Assembly (NCBI GenBank): GCA_023515725.1
Contig: JALDTO010000057.1
Location: forward strand, 186,001 to 250,000
From: Amoeboaphelidium protococcarum X5
Taxonomy: Eukaryota > Fungi > Aphelidiomycota
Length of the DNA: 64,000 bases
Reading direction: 5' to 3'
The translations under genes and the position numbers were made by a program. Shown here one piece after another: positions 50,201-63,511 of the stretch. Numbering within the stretch: the stretch's first letter is position 1; each line of letters begins with the position of its first letter. Under the pieces are notes generated by a model. It had not been told where the DNA came from, ran no database searches, and was given only the letters and a program-made list of their open reading frames with translations.

Positions 50201-52266
50201 TTAAGGGACATCCTCAGTAACTTCATCTTAATTCAAAACAACTTGATTAGTACCAATTTCATTAGACTAGTTGCTCTCTTTGCTATCACCTTCAACTACT
50301 TTCTATAACTCAGGCTCTACTTACTTACTTTATTCATTATTTTATTCTTGTTCGACTTCATCGTCGACATTGGAGCTTATGCGTCTTCCAAGTAGAGGCC
50401 CGGCCACCCATTTATCCCAAAAGCTTACTGGCTTATCATCCTTATATCCTTCGGTCTCATTAGAAGTCTTTGATTCACCATTGTCATCTTAAGCAGCATC
50501 AATCTACTTGGACTCTTCCGGTAACGCCTGCTCAGTCTTGGCCTCAATATCACTCTGATTATTCTTGTTATTCTCGGCATCTGCATGAGGAACTTAATCT
50601 GTTTAAGACGCATCAGCTATTTCCACAGAAGCATTTTCAATAACATTTTCACGTGCTACAGATTCCTCTTCAACTACAGATGATGGGTGCTGCAACTCCT
50701 CTTGAATGTCTCTAGCTAATGAACTTGCAAAAGATTCTTTAACTGCCGCGTCATCTTACGCTGCATCTATCGTTTATGCGTCCTGCACATTATCCTTCTC
50801 GATTCTCTACTCAGAGACATTCTATACGCCAACCTCATCTTATTAACCAGCCTATAATTAATCATAAGAGTCGCCGGTCATTTCTGGTTTAGTCAGTTCG
50901 CTAGAGCCAAATGCTTCATCATCAGCGATTTCAACTTTAGCAATCAACTAAGTCGGCTCCTATACTACCGACTCGTCTTCCAAATGCTACTCATTATCTT
51001 ACTTTGCCTCTGCAGACTCACCATCGACTTCCTCAGCAATAGCTTTTCCACTCACAACATCAGCAAAAGTCTTCTTTCTAGGCTTTTTCTCTGGAACATT
51101 GTCATTCTAAGAGGGTGCTTCCAAAGAACTATTAGCTTCTTATGGTTGGCGAACATCCGCAACAGGAGCATCATTCTTCGAGCCTTCGATATTCTAGCTT
51201 TCAATCACGTTATCTTTTTCATCTTTCAAATCAGACACGTCATGTTATTCTGGAACACAGTCTTCAATATTCTTACCATCATCAACCACAATCACAGGAA
51301 TCTCATCCGACTGCTCCTTTGTTACAGCAGAATCAACAACCTAACTAGAATCAATCTCCTGTCTTTCATCAATATCAATGACAACAGAATGATCTTGATG
51401 AGACGGTGCAGGTTCATTCTGCTCTTGACTTATCGCCGGGACTTGCAGCTTTTCTTCAACATCATTCGCAATTTCTCGATCAATGACTTCCGCCTTCTAT
51501 TCAGGCAGATCGATATACCACGGTTTAATTTCCTAAACTACTTGATCAATCTACTTGTCATCTTCATGATAGACAGCAACACCCTTGTCTTATGCCGTTT
51601 CGGCTTATGGACCTTGTGATGCATCAGTTGGCAAGACAATAGCAACATCAGCTGGCGCAATGACTGCCACCTCTTGATCTAATAACTCGCACGGAAAAGG
51701 ATCCTTCTTTTGCTAATCCTTACTTGAACCATCGGTAGTATCAAAGCTATCACGATCTTGCTTAACAGCCATAGCCAAAGAATCAATTTCACTCTTGACA
51801 GACCCATCCTCTATTCTACGCCTGATATCATCCAAATGACCAAGATGTCCTTACAACATCAACACCACCTGACGCTTCAAAACTGCAGCACGTTCACTAC
51901 TCACAGCATCGATCTTTTCATCTACATTCATATTCAGTATTAAATTGCATTAAAAGAAAGTATAGAGATATATGACATACCACTAAGCTTCTGATCGGAG
52001 CAAACAATGCTAATCAACTGACGCAATCTGTCAACTTCTGCATGACAAACTTAATGCTTCTATTTGGCCATTTTGACCTCTTTTTCAATACCTGAACTGT
52101 ACTTGGCAAAAAGATTAGCCAGCTCATCAATGATACTGTTCAAATTAGCCACTTGGTCAGTCTGCTATGGTGATATATTTTGCACTTCCCCTTTCAAATT
52201 GTTCAAACAATCAGTAATCGCAGTGGACATGTTCCCAACTTGAACGCAAGACTCCTAATCCATCAT
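47288..52266 (-). CDS. Large acidic low-complexity protein with terminal coiled coils and an internal repeated helical motif; intron 51922-51980
   Basis: About 1640 codons, rich in E/D/Q/S/A/V. A GT-AG intron restores the frame. Spot-checked segments are in frame; the whole length was not read codon by codon. Confidence 0.7.
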
Positions 52267-53001
52267 AATTAAACTCAAAATGTAAATCTACACTCAAACA
52301 GCCAATGCTGATAAGATGTTAATCTAATATAGCCAATTACTTACTAATTGTACAGATTATCACAAATTTCTATCAAGTAAACTATAAGCGTAATACACAC
52401 GTGTGAAAGTGGTAAAACAAATAGCTGAAACAGAATTGAAATAATCAGATCGGTCGACAAAGAAGGAAAGTGAGACTGTCGAATCACTCAACGCCTGCTG
52501 GCAAACAAACGAGCAATCAAACATCAAGTAAACAAAATGATATTGGCTGACTGACTGTATCAACGCATGAAAAATCCATGTTTAGTTTAATCGCTGTTAT
52601 TCTACGGGTTAAATTTTTAAGTAATTCAAAGATCAATGGTAGGAATTCGCGATATACAATGATCATTTGCAGATATATGAATGCCCGATTAGATTGATCA
52701 GAATGACTCAGTAGCTGTGAGAATAAATAGCATTTACATTTTGATAGTAATTATTATTATGATTGATATAGGGAAAAAAGTCTCATCTACCTATAGAATA
52801 AAAAAATGTCAAGTTGAAAATCGATTAAACAGCACTGATTCTTAAAACAATGGTATTTTCGTTCCAGGAGCAACTTGATCGGAACGCGTCTCTCCAATCG
52901 CCCGCTCAGTTTGAAGCGTTCCCATCAACGTTCCACCTATTAAATTTGAACTATTACGATAGTTATTTGCGTAATTTCTAGATTGAAATTGCCGTGGAAA
53001 T

Positions 53002-54123
53002 ATGCTTCGCTCCTCCGCAGTGTCAAGACTTGCCAAGGTGCCTAGATGTACCGCTGTGAAAAGATTTGCGAGCTCATCCCAATCTGGTGGTAGTGGCAAG
53101 TATGGTAAACTTCTGTACCTGACTCCAATTGTAATCGGTGCTGGTGCTTACTTTGCAGTTGAGCCAATGTTTCATCGGGGTAGCCATAGCGGCGATAAGT
53201 CTGGTTCTTATGCTAAAGATTCTGGAGTTAATTTATAGTCGTAGAAGAGTATCGACTATGATCAGGTGCGCAAGGATATTGCCGAGGTTATGACTTCCGA
53301 TCCAGACTATGATGGCATTGGACATTATGGACCCATCTTGGTTAGACTTGCTTGGCATTCCTCTGGCACTTTTGACAAGAAAAGTGGTACTGGTGGTTCC
53401 AATGGAGCAGGTATGAGGTTTGAGCCTGAAGCCAAGTTCGGTGCCAACAATGGTCTCAAGATTGCACGGGATCTTTTATTTCCGATAAAGTAAAAGTACG
53501 GCGATGGCTTATCATTTGGTGATCTATGGACTCTGGCCGGTGTTGTGGCCATTGAGGAGATGGGCGGTCCAAAGATTGAGTGGATCCCCGGTCGTATTGA
53601 TTACAAGGATGGACTTAGTTGCCCGGCTGATGGTAGACTTCCGGATGGATCAAAGGATGCCAAGCATTTGCGTGATGTCTTTTATCGTATGGGATTCACT
53701 GACTAGGAAATTGTAGCATTATCTGGTGGCCACGCTCTTGGAAAGTGCCATACTGATCGCAGTGGATTCAAAGGGCCGTGGCAGTTTAGCCCTTCCACCT
53801 TCTCTAATGCATACTTCTAACTGCTGTTCAGCGAAGAGTGGATTGAGAAGAAGGAAGATCAGGTGCAGGTGAAGGAGATGGGTAAAGTTGTTACCAAAAA
53901 GATGCCTTGGTCTGGGCCTAAGCAGTATACTGACAAGAAGACTGGCGAATTGATGATGCTGCCAACTGATATGGAGCTGATAAGGGATTCTAGTTTTAAA
54001 AAGTGGGCCAAGTTGTACGCCGATGACGAAGAGAGGTTCTTTAAAGATTTTAGCAAAGCATTCGCCAAGCTGATCACGCTGGGAGTCCCAGGACAATGTC
54101 CATATCAGGCGCAAAAGCACTGA
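53002..54123 (+). CDS. CCP1: Mitochondrial cytochrome c peroxidase
   Basis: Presequence plus TM segment, [43 protein letters not shown] (Q=TAG), SGFKGPW and LMMLPTD. Confidence 0.95.
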
Positions 54124-54244
54124 CAAAGTGAGATAATGGAGATAAACTCTCATTGAAGTGTCAAAATTTAAATCTTATTTATTTGAATATTAATCTCATA
54201 TTTTTACTTTCTCAAATAATATGTATCCTTCAAATGATCTATAC

Positions 54245-55045
54245 TCAGTTGTTAGCAGAGCTGTAATAGTTTGGAGGATAGACGTCATTGACATCGCCAC
54301 CATCACGCAGCGGCTAATATGGAATTTCGTTGAAGCTCTAAGCCTTTTGCTGCTTAAAAGGTGGAATTTCTGCCTAACTGCCCTTACTCTTGGTTCTAGC
54401 GCCGGCCTGGGCGTACTTGTCTTTAGTCTAGCTAGTCTAGAATGGAGCACTGAAGCGCTGACGAGCACCATTAAACATGGTCTGAGAGTGGCGCGCCACA
54501 CTGCCAGCCATTGCCCCAGCTCTTGCCTACGCACCAGCGAACCCAGCATAAACAGAAGGCTGACGAGGAGGAACTGGTCCCTTGGTACCAGCGCCAAAGC
54601 CAGCACCAGAAGCTGCTGCAGTCTGGATCTCGCCACCCTTAATGATATAGATTGGCTCAGAGTACTTGCCACCCTTGTCATCATCCTTGTTACGAATCTT
54701 GATGTAGTACTTATGACCATCCAACTCCTGAGGCACCTGGAAGTAGACAAAGAAGCAGTCACCAGCAAAAGTTCTTATAGGATTTCTGAACATGTGTCTC
54801 TTACCAGGTTCCATGATCTAGTACGAGTAGTCCTTGATCTCATCCTCAACCAGAGTGGTCATACCCATGAAACGATTCTTCTGGAACAGGAAGGTCATCT
54901 GATCTGGAGTCTCAGAGCTCTTACCGCAGTAACGGAAAAAGCTCTGCTGGCCAGCCACTGCTTCTCTTGGAGCATAAGCCACGGACAGAGCGTTCAAAGA
55001 GCTAGCCAGCATGCAAGCAATCGCAGTGGTGATAAAGAATTTCAT
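54245..55045 (-). CDS. Secreted two-Cys family protein, copy 3
   Basis: Signal peptide, then APREAVAG...FRYCG...PDQMTF...DCFFV...KYYI...YSEPIYI and a low-complexity tail. 267 codons. Confidence 0.7.
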
Positions 55046-55331
55046 TTTTTACAGATATTTTGGAATCTCAGTAATTCAGATCAGATGCTAATCAATTATG
55101 ATGCAGATTGAAGAATGAAAAGAGTGGCGCCATTATTCGAATTTATTTCATACATTTTATATGTGATGTGGATTGCCCCTGAAAAGATCAAATCAAAGTA
55201 GCCCCTGATGATAGTAGTCACGAGAAAGCAGCGTGTTTAGTGATTTTTGATAAAGTGTACAACTAATAGGACAGGTACTGTTAAAAATAAGTATCTAAAT
55301 ATGTAAAAGATTGAATTATTATATTATGCAT

Positions 55332-56126
55332 TCACCATTTAAAGAAACCCGATATTTTACTACTTGTTGACGCGTCTTGACTATTAGAAGGTTACTGAGG
55401 TTAAACATTGGAAGCAGACTGATCGGCCGTTTTCCCATTCTCAGGCGCCGCATTATTTACGATTGGCGCAGGCTGTGGCTAAACAGTAGTAGCATCAGTG
55501 TTACTTTTAACATCGCCACCAGCTTATTACTACGACTATTACTACTTCTCTTGCTTGTGCTTACTAAATCGCTCTTTAAAGCGAGCAAACGCGCCTTTAG
55601 GCTCCTCCGCCTTTTCACCATCTAATTACTGAGTCTGCTAATTTGGAGGGGCGTTACTTCCATCAGCAGCGCCGTTATTACCGTCTGGCTAAACAGCGAT
55701 ACCGCCCACAGTTTAAAATTCAGACAAAGTGCGCACATTAAAGCTTTTACTCTTGGCCAGCACTTCGAAAGATTTTCTAAAGAAACCACTAAGCTCCTTC
55801 TCCAACACGTAATAATGATACTGACCAGGTGCTGCGGGCATCTTCATCTTTACAATAAAGCAGCTCTTGAATACAGATCTCCAGAAATTCTACCCGTCCA
55901 TTCTAATCTTGACGTAGGACACAATCTAAGGAGTGGCCATCTGTGCCTACTTGTCATCAGTCTCAATCACAAAATTGTACTTGTCCGGATTAATGAATCG
56001 ATTCATGGAGCAAATCTTGAGTATGGCATCAGAATTGGCCATCACGTCGCGCGGATACTCTGCAATCTTTAAACATGAGACTGAAGCGATTATGCAGATT
56101 ACCAGACTAAACACAAATGTCCTCAT
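55332..56126 (-). CDS. Secreted two-Cys family protein, copy 4
   Basis: Signal peptide MRTFVFSLVICIIASVSC, then YPRDVMA...KICSMN...NPDKYNFVI...SCFIV...QYHY...SKSFNV and a Q-rich tail. 265 codons; absent from the standard-code track. Confidence 0.7.
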
Positions 56127-56835
56127 TAATAGAATATAACGACTTGTCTTTTTGCAGTGGAAGCGATTTGAATTTAATTCACGGCCAATTAAGAAAATAG
56201 ATGAAAAGACCGATCGAGGGATGGATTGGTTAGCATAAAAACTACCCCTTGATCAAAAGAAACAGGTGATCCCATCACACTACACCTTTCGAAGTATAAA
56301 TCAGGCAAACTTTCCCCATACGTGAAGCCAGTTGGGGGCATCTTACGATAAATTCATTTAAATACAGAGTATAACCATTATAAGAAGATTTATTGATAAA
56401 AGCGAACCAGAATTAATCTAGTAATGATTCCGACTCATCTTTACTAAGGAAATCGCGGATATATTAGCGAATACTAATTTAATACGAAGATTTTCTCCAT
56501 GTGTGTACAGTGATTTTAATCTTTTCTTAAGTTATAAAATAATCATTGGCGTTTTAAATGAACATAAAGCTTAATAAATAAATCCCACGCGTTGTTTCAC
56601 CGTTCTTTTCCATCGAGATCACATGGCTGATCGTCGCTGACTCTGTTCGATCTTTCGTCGTTCGTTCCTTCTAGTCTTCAGCTTAGACAATCAATCAATC
56701 AAACCTCTCAGACAACAACATCATAGTGTGTCTGTCACAAGATTATCAAGTATTTCAACTAGTGATATATTGTGATTGAATCCATTTTATTGTCTACTTA
56801 AATAGCCTAATAAGTTTTAGTAAATTTAAAAGAGT

Positions 56836-58728
56836 ATGAGCTGGTTGTTTGCGGGAAATAAAGAGTTTGATGAGATTGTGGACAAGGCCACCAGTGAGAT
56901 GCTGCCCAATGCGTAGGAGGATATGGCTCTGAATCTGGAGATCACTGACAAGATACGAAGCAAGTCTGTGCCTCCCAAGGAAGCTATGCGGGCACTGAAG
57001 CGTCGTCTTACTCATCGCAATCCTAATGTGCAGTTGCTGACTCTAAAGTTGGCCGATGTTTGTGTGAAGAATGGAGGTGGTCATTTCCTTGCTGAGATTG
57101 CTAGTCGTGAGTTTATGGATTGTCTGGTGGGGCTGATTAATGGCACAGCTACTGCGAATGAAGTTAGATAGAAGGCTCTTTAGTTAATCTAGTTGTGGGC
57201 GAATGCTTTTAAGGGAAAGGAGGAGTTGCGTTATGTTAATGATACGTTTGCTTCGCTGAGAGCTAGTGGTGTCTCTTTTCCGCCTGCATCATCATCTGAT
57301 ACTCATGGATACTCATCATTTATGCTGGATACTACTGCTGCACCCGACTGGTCTGATAGTGATACTTGTGAGAGGTGCAGAGAATTGTTCACGCTGACCA
57401 AGAGAAAGCATCATTGCAGAAATTGTGGCAAGACGTTCTGTAACTCTTGCTCATCCCGCTCTATGAAGCTGCCCAAGTTGGGTATTAATGAGGAGGTGAG
57501 AGTATGTGAGAATTGCTACCTGAAGGCTCATAACAATAATAGTAATGGAAGTGACCAGGCTCTGAATAGTCCTGTTAACACTGGCGGAACTCCATCTAAT
57601 GCTCGCCGCGAGATTGATGCTGCTCGTAAAGAGGAAGAAGAGTTGCAGAGAGCTATTGCTCTATCAATGCTGGAAGCTGAGAAGAAGGGATACGGGACCA
57701 CTACGGCTGCTGCTGCTCCTTCTTCTGCTAAGAGTGATGGGTATTATCAGTAGCAAAAGTCTGTGGCTTCACCAAGTGGTGGTGGTGCCACAAGTGAAGA
57801 AGAGGATCCAGAGTTGGCTGCTGCCATTGCGGCTAGTTTGAAAGAAGTGTCTCTTAGAAGTGGTGGCGGCGGCAAGTAGTAATAACAATCTATTAAGAGT
57901 GAAAGTATATATCCTTCTGCATCTAGTCAGTACAATAGTTATGTTCCACCTGCCCGCCAAGCTGTAGATAAGCCGTCATCATCATCATCTTTTGGTGATG
58001 GAGCGTAGTATTAGTAGGTGCCATAGCAATAGAAATCATCAAGTTTCATATCAGATGCTGAGAAGAAGAATATCGATTTATTCAGTTAGTTGATGGAGAA
58101 AATTGACAATAACGGCGACGTGAATTTTAGAGTTTAGCAGGCACAGGATCCAGCGCTGAAGACAATGTACGATTCCATGATCAGTATGCATCCCAAGATT
58201 GTGAAGGAAATCGAAGAGTGTGTGGAGAAGCACAAGTCATTGATGGCTCTGCATGAGAAAATTACTGTGGGCGTGAGAGCTTTTGATCGCGTTCTTGAAG
58301 ATTAGAGATCGTTCGCTCTGTAGCAGTAATAGTAGTAATAGTACGGAAGACCATAAGTCGTTGGGGGATATCCGTAACCGGCACCTACATAGTATTATGG
58401 ACAGAGTAGTGTTGCACCAGGTACATAGTATTAGCCTTAGTAACAATCTTAGGGTGGTTATTATTAATAGAGCCAGCAAGTATCTTCTCCTGGAGCCTAA
58501 TCTGTGCCTCCACATGCTCAAAGTCAGTATAATTATGGTTCTCCGGCTGGTCAATATGTTTAGCCACAGCAGCCTTAAATTTACGGACAACCCTAGCAGT
58601 AGTAATAGCAGGCTTACGGCATTTAACGACCGGATTCTTCGCAATCTTAGTAGAATGCTGTTGCGTCTCCGTAGTAATAATAATAGCAGCAGCAAAAGTA
58701 GCCTGAGCCTAACTTGATTGACTTTTGA
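56836..58728 (+). CDS. VPS27: ESCRT-0 subunit Vps27/Hrs
   Basis: VHS domain ([20 protein letters not shown]), FYVE domain (RKHHCRNCG), two UIMs ([25 protein letters not shown]), Q-rich tail and terminal clathrin box LIDF. Confidence 0.96.
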
Positions 58729-59033
58729 ATTTTCGGAATAGTATTGATAGTAGTTGGATTGAATAAAAAATTATAAAGATTGTTAATGTAATTTGCTCTG
58801 TTTAACACCTTGTTATAGTTTCAGTCAGTATAAAAGTCAAGACAGTGTATCATGGCTAGGAGAACATCAAGAATACAAATAAATTGTAAATCACGGATGC
58901 TAAACACCAACCTAAAAGAGATAATCTACTTAATGTATATAACATGCAATTTCAAAAAGTCAACTCAGAGCATTCGATCAACAATTACAATACGGAAATC
59001 GTTCACTACATGGACACCAGATGCGGATTTAAT

Positions 59034-61526
59034 TCAATCGATAATTTCAATAACCTTTGATTTCTTTTTTGCCTTAGACGTACTGGAAGCAACTGGTCTG
59101 AATCTTTCATCATCATCGTCATCATCAATTACAATAGTGGGAATCCGCTTATAAACATTTTATGGCAGCACAACAACATTATTATTCTTTGCATTGTTGT
59201 TATTAGCACCCAAGACATTGTGGTTTTGCCGATGATCTGCTGGTACGATTGCATTTAAAGGAGGTTACAATTATGCAGCAGCTGGTAGTTGGCGCTGATT
59301 AGGAGCAGCTGGTTATTAACGATTTTGCTACTATCGCCTCAGCCGCTACTATTACTATTCTTGCAATAACTGACGCTATTACTGCTACTATCTTAACTAC
59401 TGCTACTACTGCTAAAGTCGTTACTACTACTAAAGCTGCTATTGCTGCCGTTGAACTTGCTACTAATGCTACTATTACTGATTTTATTACCGCGCAGCTT
59501 AGCCGTGATTTTGATACCGTCCTCGCCTTCTATGCTAATGTTAGTTTTACCTATTTTAATTCTAATTATTATATCGCATCACAGCGGGTGGTATATACAA
59601 ACCATCGCCTGCTACTTAAGGATATGGATTGTGAGCAATATTATGAACTGCCGGCGCTGCGTATTTAGGAGCGGCTTTCTTCTGAGCCTACTTTCGGAAA
59701 TCAGCCTCCAACTTGTCTCTTTCAGCATTAAACTGTACCAAAGTGTCATTATTCACCTACTTGGTCTTTTCCAACTCTTTGGCAGCTTCTTCAGCAGCTT
59801 TTAAAACTTCCAAGGCATTCTTCTACACAGTATCATCCCACAGCGGACACTTACCGTCCTTGCCATTCCCACTGCCAAAGTGATCGTAACCTTTCACAAC
59901 GCGACGGCAAATATAACAGATTTTGGTGCCACAACTACAAGTCATCTTATTACAACCTTCCTCCTTGAAAAACTTTTTATGACATTTGGGGCACTCACGT
60001 ATCAGGGCATCGGTCATAGCCTCAGCCACCTTGTGTTGGATATTAGCTACCGAAGACTCAGCCTCCACCTCTTTACAAGACTTGGGAATATGAGCCTCTT
60101 TTCCACACAGACGACACGACATCTTGAAGCATTTCGGATTGAGACATCGGAAGAGCTTGTCCACTTCCGCCTTGGAAGTCATAAGCGCGGCAAAATCACA
60201 AAACGGGCACTACACCAACTCTTCATAATCCTTGATAACTTCTTTATCCACCATGACGTCGTCCTCATTGTCTGCTCTCTTTTTGTCATCTCCATCCGCA
60301 TTGTCATTATCATCACCTTCAGTTGACGTCAAATCATTATTACGCATACTAGATAAAGGTTACAGTGCTTACTTTATCTCAATCTCCTATACTAGACGAT
60401 GGTAATTCTCTACAACTTTATTATCCACAAGAGTTGATAATTCTTTGAGAATAAAATGCCCTGGACAGAGACCATTAGAAGATACTTTTGAAGATGAATT
60501 TTGCGCAGAGGATGTAAGCTTGGAATCACTAAAAGATGCAGCTATACAGTTTAACTCAGTCTTGCGATTACCAACAGCCTCTTCCAACACTCTCTTACCA
60601 CAGTCACCACAAAATAAGTGTCCCCCTGTACACGCAATCATACCACTAAAGAGTTTCTCTCCGAAGCAGCACGAGCATTCCAAGAGATCTTATTATTATA
60701 AAGACAAGACATCCTGTGTTGAACCATCACTCGGGCAGAGCATATCAAAATTCAAATGGATATAATTAATTGCAAGATAGTCCAACTCCTTCTGCAAGTA
60801 CAAGTCAATAGTGTGTCCAGTAGATTCAATGTGCTTCTAACACGCTTTGAATACACACATTGAACGCTACGTAGTTGGATCGATATACCGCGGAAATGTG
60901 CGACTATTCTTATTTAGTTTGAATGGGAGCTTGGTAGTTATAAATTCAGCCTTCTACTTATACTCTTAGATTTACTTTATATCGAGCTAGTCTTTAATAC
61001 CATCCCAATGCTAGTAAATGGCCACATATGCAGGTACAAATAGATTCTTTTATGCAGATAGCTAATTACGTAAATACTACAAAGGAGCTTTGGGAAATAA
61101 TAAAGACACGACAATCAGTGCCTAATTCTTATACGCAGCAGTCAGTTTAGAAGATCTTTCAGCATGTACAGTCTCGAAATCTCCATTCACGTCATACAAT
61201 GGATGTCGCTCAGCAAACTTTGAAAATATTGAATTATTACTACCATTTCCAAATTTCTATGATGATGATTACGAATAGATGGCAAAGTCTTTATCGTGAC
61301 CAGATGCTCCTTTAACTGGATACTTGCCCTTCAGCCCAAGCAGCTCCTCAGCCAAATCCTCCATCATTGTATTTAAACTGTCACCATTATCATTCTTCTA
61401 CTATATATTCTTCTTTTGCATATACCGACTAACAGCATCCCTAATCACGAATGGTGGTGCATCTAGAAACATATCTTGCAACTGCTCGAAAGCTCTATCA
61501 AATATTGTCTCCACCTCTTACGTCAT
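59034..61526 (-). CDS. RBR-type E3 ubiquitin ligase, RNF216/TRIAD3-like
   Basis: RING1 ECSCCF...CTGGHLFCGDC, IBR CPFCDFA...FRCLNPKC..SCRLC..HIPKSC, RING2 CPKC..F.KEEGCNKMTCSCG..CYICR..YDHF, CPLWD; poly-Q tract and SIM-like C-terminus. Confidence 0.9.
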
Positions 61527-62323
61527 TATTACTATCTGCCTCAACTATTACAATCTGTGATGATGAATTCTTAGATACGTATAATGTAAATACAATAATG
61601 ATGTCTGTACAAACTGGTAGATTTCGAAATAGGGCCTGTTATCACAAGAATACTTTTTTGAATAAAGAGAGTTTCAAAAAAAGAAACAACGACTCTATTA
61701 GCCGTCAAAAAATTCTGTTGTCCACTAGTGGTCGAATCGCCGTGGAAATAAATAAAACGACAAAGAAGCGCGTTGAGCATTGCCTGAAACGGCGAACAAC
61801 TCGATCCGAGAAAGTACAGTATAACGTTTATCTGTTTCAGGCTGACTATCATATTCTATCGATTAACAGCGCCAATTCACTCTAAAGACCTTCCCATAGC
61901 GACAATAATGAACTTGTTTGCTGTTGTTTATCTTGCATCCGGTACAGCTCTGCTCATTAAGATTTGTCAGCGTGTCGCACCTCCTATTATTTTTCTTGAC
62001 TTTTTTTGCTTATATATTGATAATCTCTTCAACTTATCCATGATCTTAGTACTTGCACACTCTGCTTAACTTTCAAAGTTTATAGTACCGGTATGACGCA
62101 GTTAATTTGTATGATCACATGTGAACACAATGCCAGTCACGATACCTGTGACATGCGATTTCATTGGCTGAACACAAGATTACGCCCAGCCATCCACTAC
62201 CGTCTGCCAAGTACAATTATTTATCATCCATCCATTACGTATATATATATATATATTCCCTTTTCTTAATTTAATCAGTACATTCTTGATTATAGTCTAT
62301 TTAGTGATACCTGTTTTGTTAAA

Positions 62324-63511
62324 ATGATCATTGTTTCATAGTTCTAATTGTATATTGTCGCGTCAATGGTCATATTTGGCAGTGATGTTTATGCCCAAGA
62401 CGGTGCTGCACAACTTCCCCGTGCTGAAGATTTCCAACCTACTGCTAATCCTCAAGTGCCAGTAGCGGTGTCGGATATTTAGCCAGCTCCTGATGCTGAA
62501 ACTAGTGCTCAGCCTGCTGCACCGGCACCTGATACTGATTCCGCATCGTCTCAACCTGCTGACACATAGTCTTCGCGTCCTCAACTTCCACGTGCTGAAG
62601 ATTTCTAACCTGCGGCTAATCCACCAATATCATAGTAACCTGACTCTGGTACGACTGTAGGTCAGACTGCTTCCTCTCAATAAGGTTCAGCTCAGGGACC
62701 ATAGCGTCCCTAATATCCTAGCGGTCCAGAATATTTTGGCTAGCCCGCTGTCCCTGCTGCATAGTAGTAACCTGACTCTGGTACAGTTGCGGGTCAATCT
62801 GTTTCTCCTTAGCAAGGTTCTTCTTCAGGACCACCACGTGCATAGTATCCTGGTGGAGCAGAACTCTTTGGTTAGCCCGCTGTCCCTGCTGTATAGCCTG
62901 ATTCTGGTACAGCTGCGGGTCAATCTGTTTCTCCTTCATAAGCTTCTTCTTCAGGACCACCACGTGCATAGTATCCTGGTGGAGCAGAACTCTTTGGTTA
63001 GCCCGCTGTCCCTGCTGTATAACAGTAATCTGATACTGGTACAACTGCGGGCTAATCTGTTTCTTCACAGCAAGGTTCCTCTTCAGGGCCACCGCGTTCA
63101 TAATATCCTGGTGGAGCAGAACTCTTTGGTTCCGCGGGCCCTCCTGGCTCTCGCGCAACACCATCGGCACCTTAAGGTACAGCTGCAGGAAAATCTGTAT
63201 AGGGAAGCAAGCCAGCTACGTAATCATAGATGAGCTAGGCTTCTTAATCAGATAAGAAATCAAGCACCCCTACGAAAGGAACTGCCACTGCCTAAAATAA
63301 GTAGGCCGACTCTGCGAAGTCAAAGACTACCAGCGCGCCATCTAGCAAGAAAAGTGGACCTGGGAAATCCCAATCAACTGGGACCGCCGCGTCGAAATCT
63401 TCTGGTAGTAAACCGGGTGGAAGCGCTGGTTCCAAATCCTCTGGGAAGTCTTCATCCTTGGGAAAACGTGGTCTGTCTGGTAGAAGTATAGCTGGACGCA
63501 TATGGATTTGA
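62324..63511 (+). CDS. Secreted low-complexity tandem-repeat protein
   Basis: Signal-like N-terminus, two QLPRAEDFQP repeats, four 42-44-aa repeats and a Ser/Lys/Gly-rich tail. 396 codons. Confidence 0.75.
62633..63130 (+). repeat. Coding tandem repeat, 4 units of about 126-132 bp
   Basis: Unit encodes QPDSGTxAGQSVSPQQGSSSGPPRAQYPGGAELFGQPAVPA. Confidence 0.9.

Noticed and set aside
50984-51619. Very hydrophobic 211-aa plus-strand ORF resembling a membrane protein
   Set aside because: It is the antisense reading of an acidic low-complexity region of the 47288-52266 gene.
54221-55111. 296-aa plus-strand ORF, the longest in the track
   Set aside because: It is the antisense shadow of the secreted gene 54245-55045 and has no recognisable motifs.
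1830-61526. Mass pseudogenisation suggested by in-frame TAA/TAG in most genes
   Set aside because: The stops are only TAR, fall on conserved Gln positions and come without frameshifts in essential genes. Code reassignment explains them.
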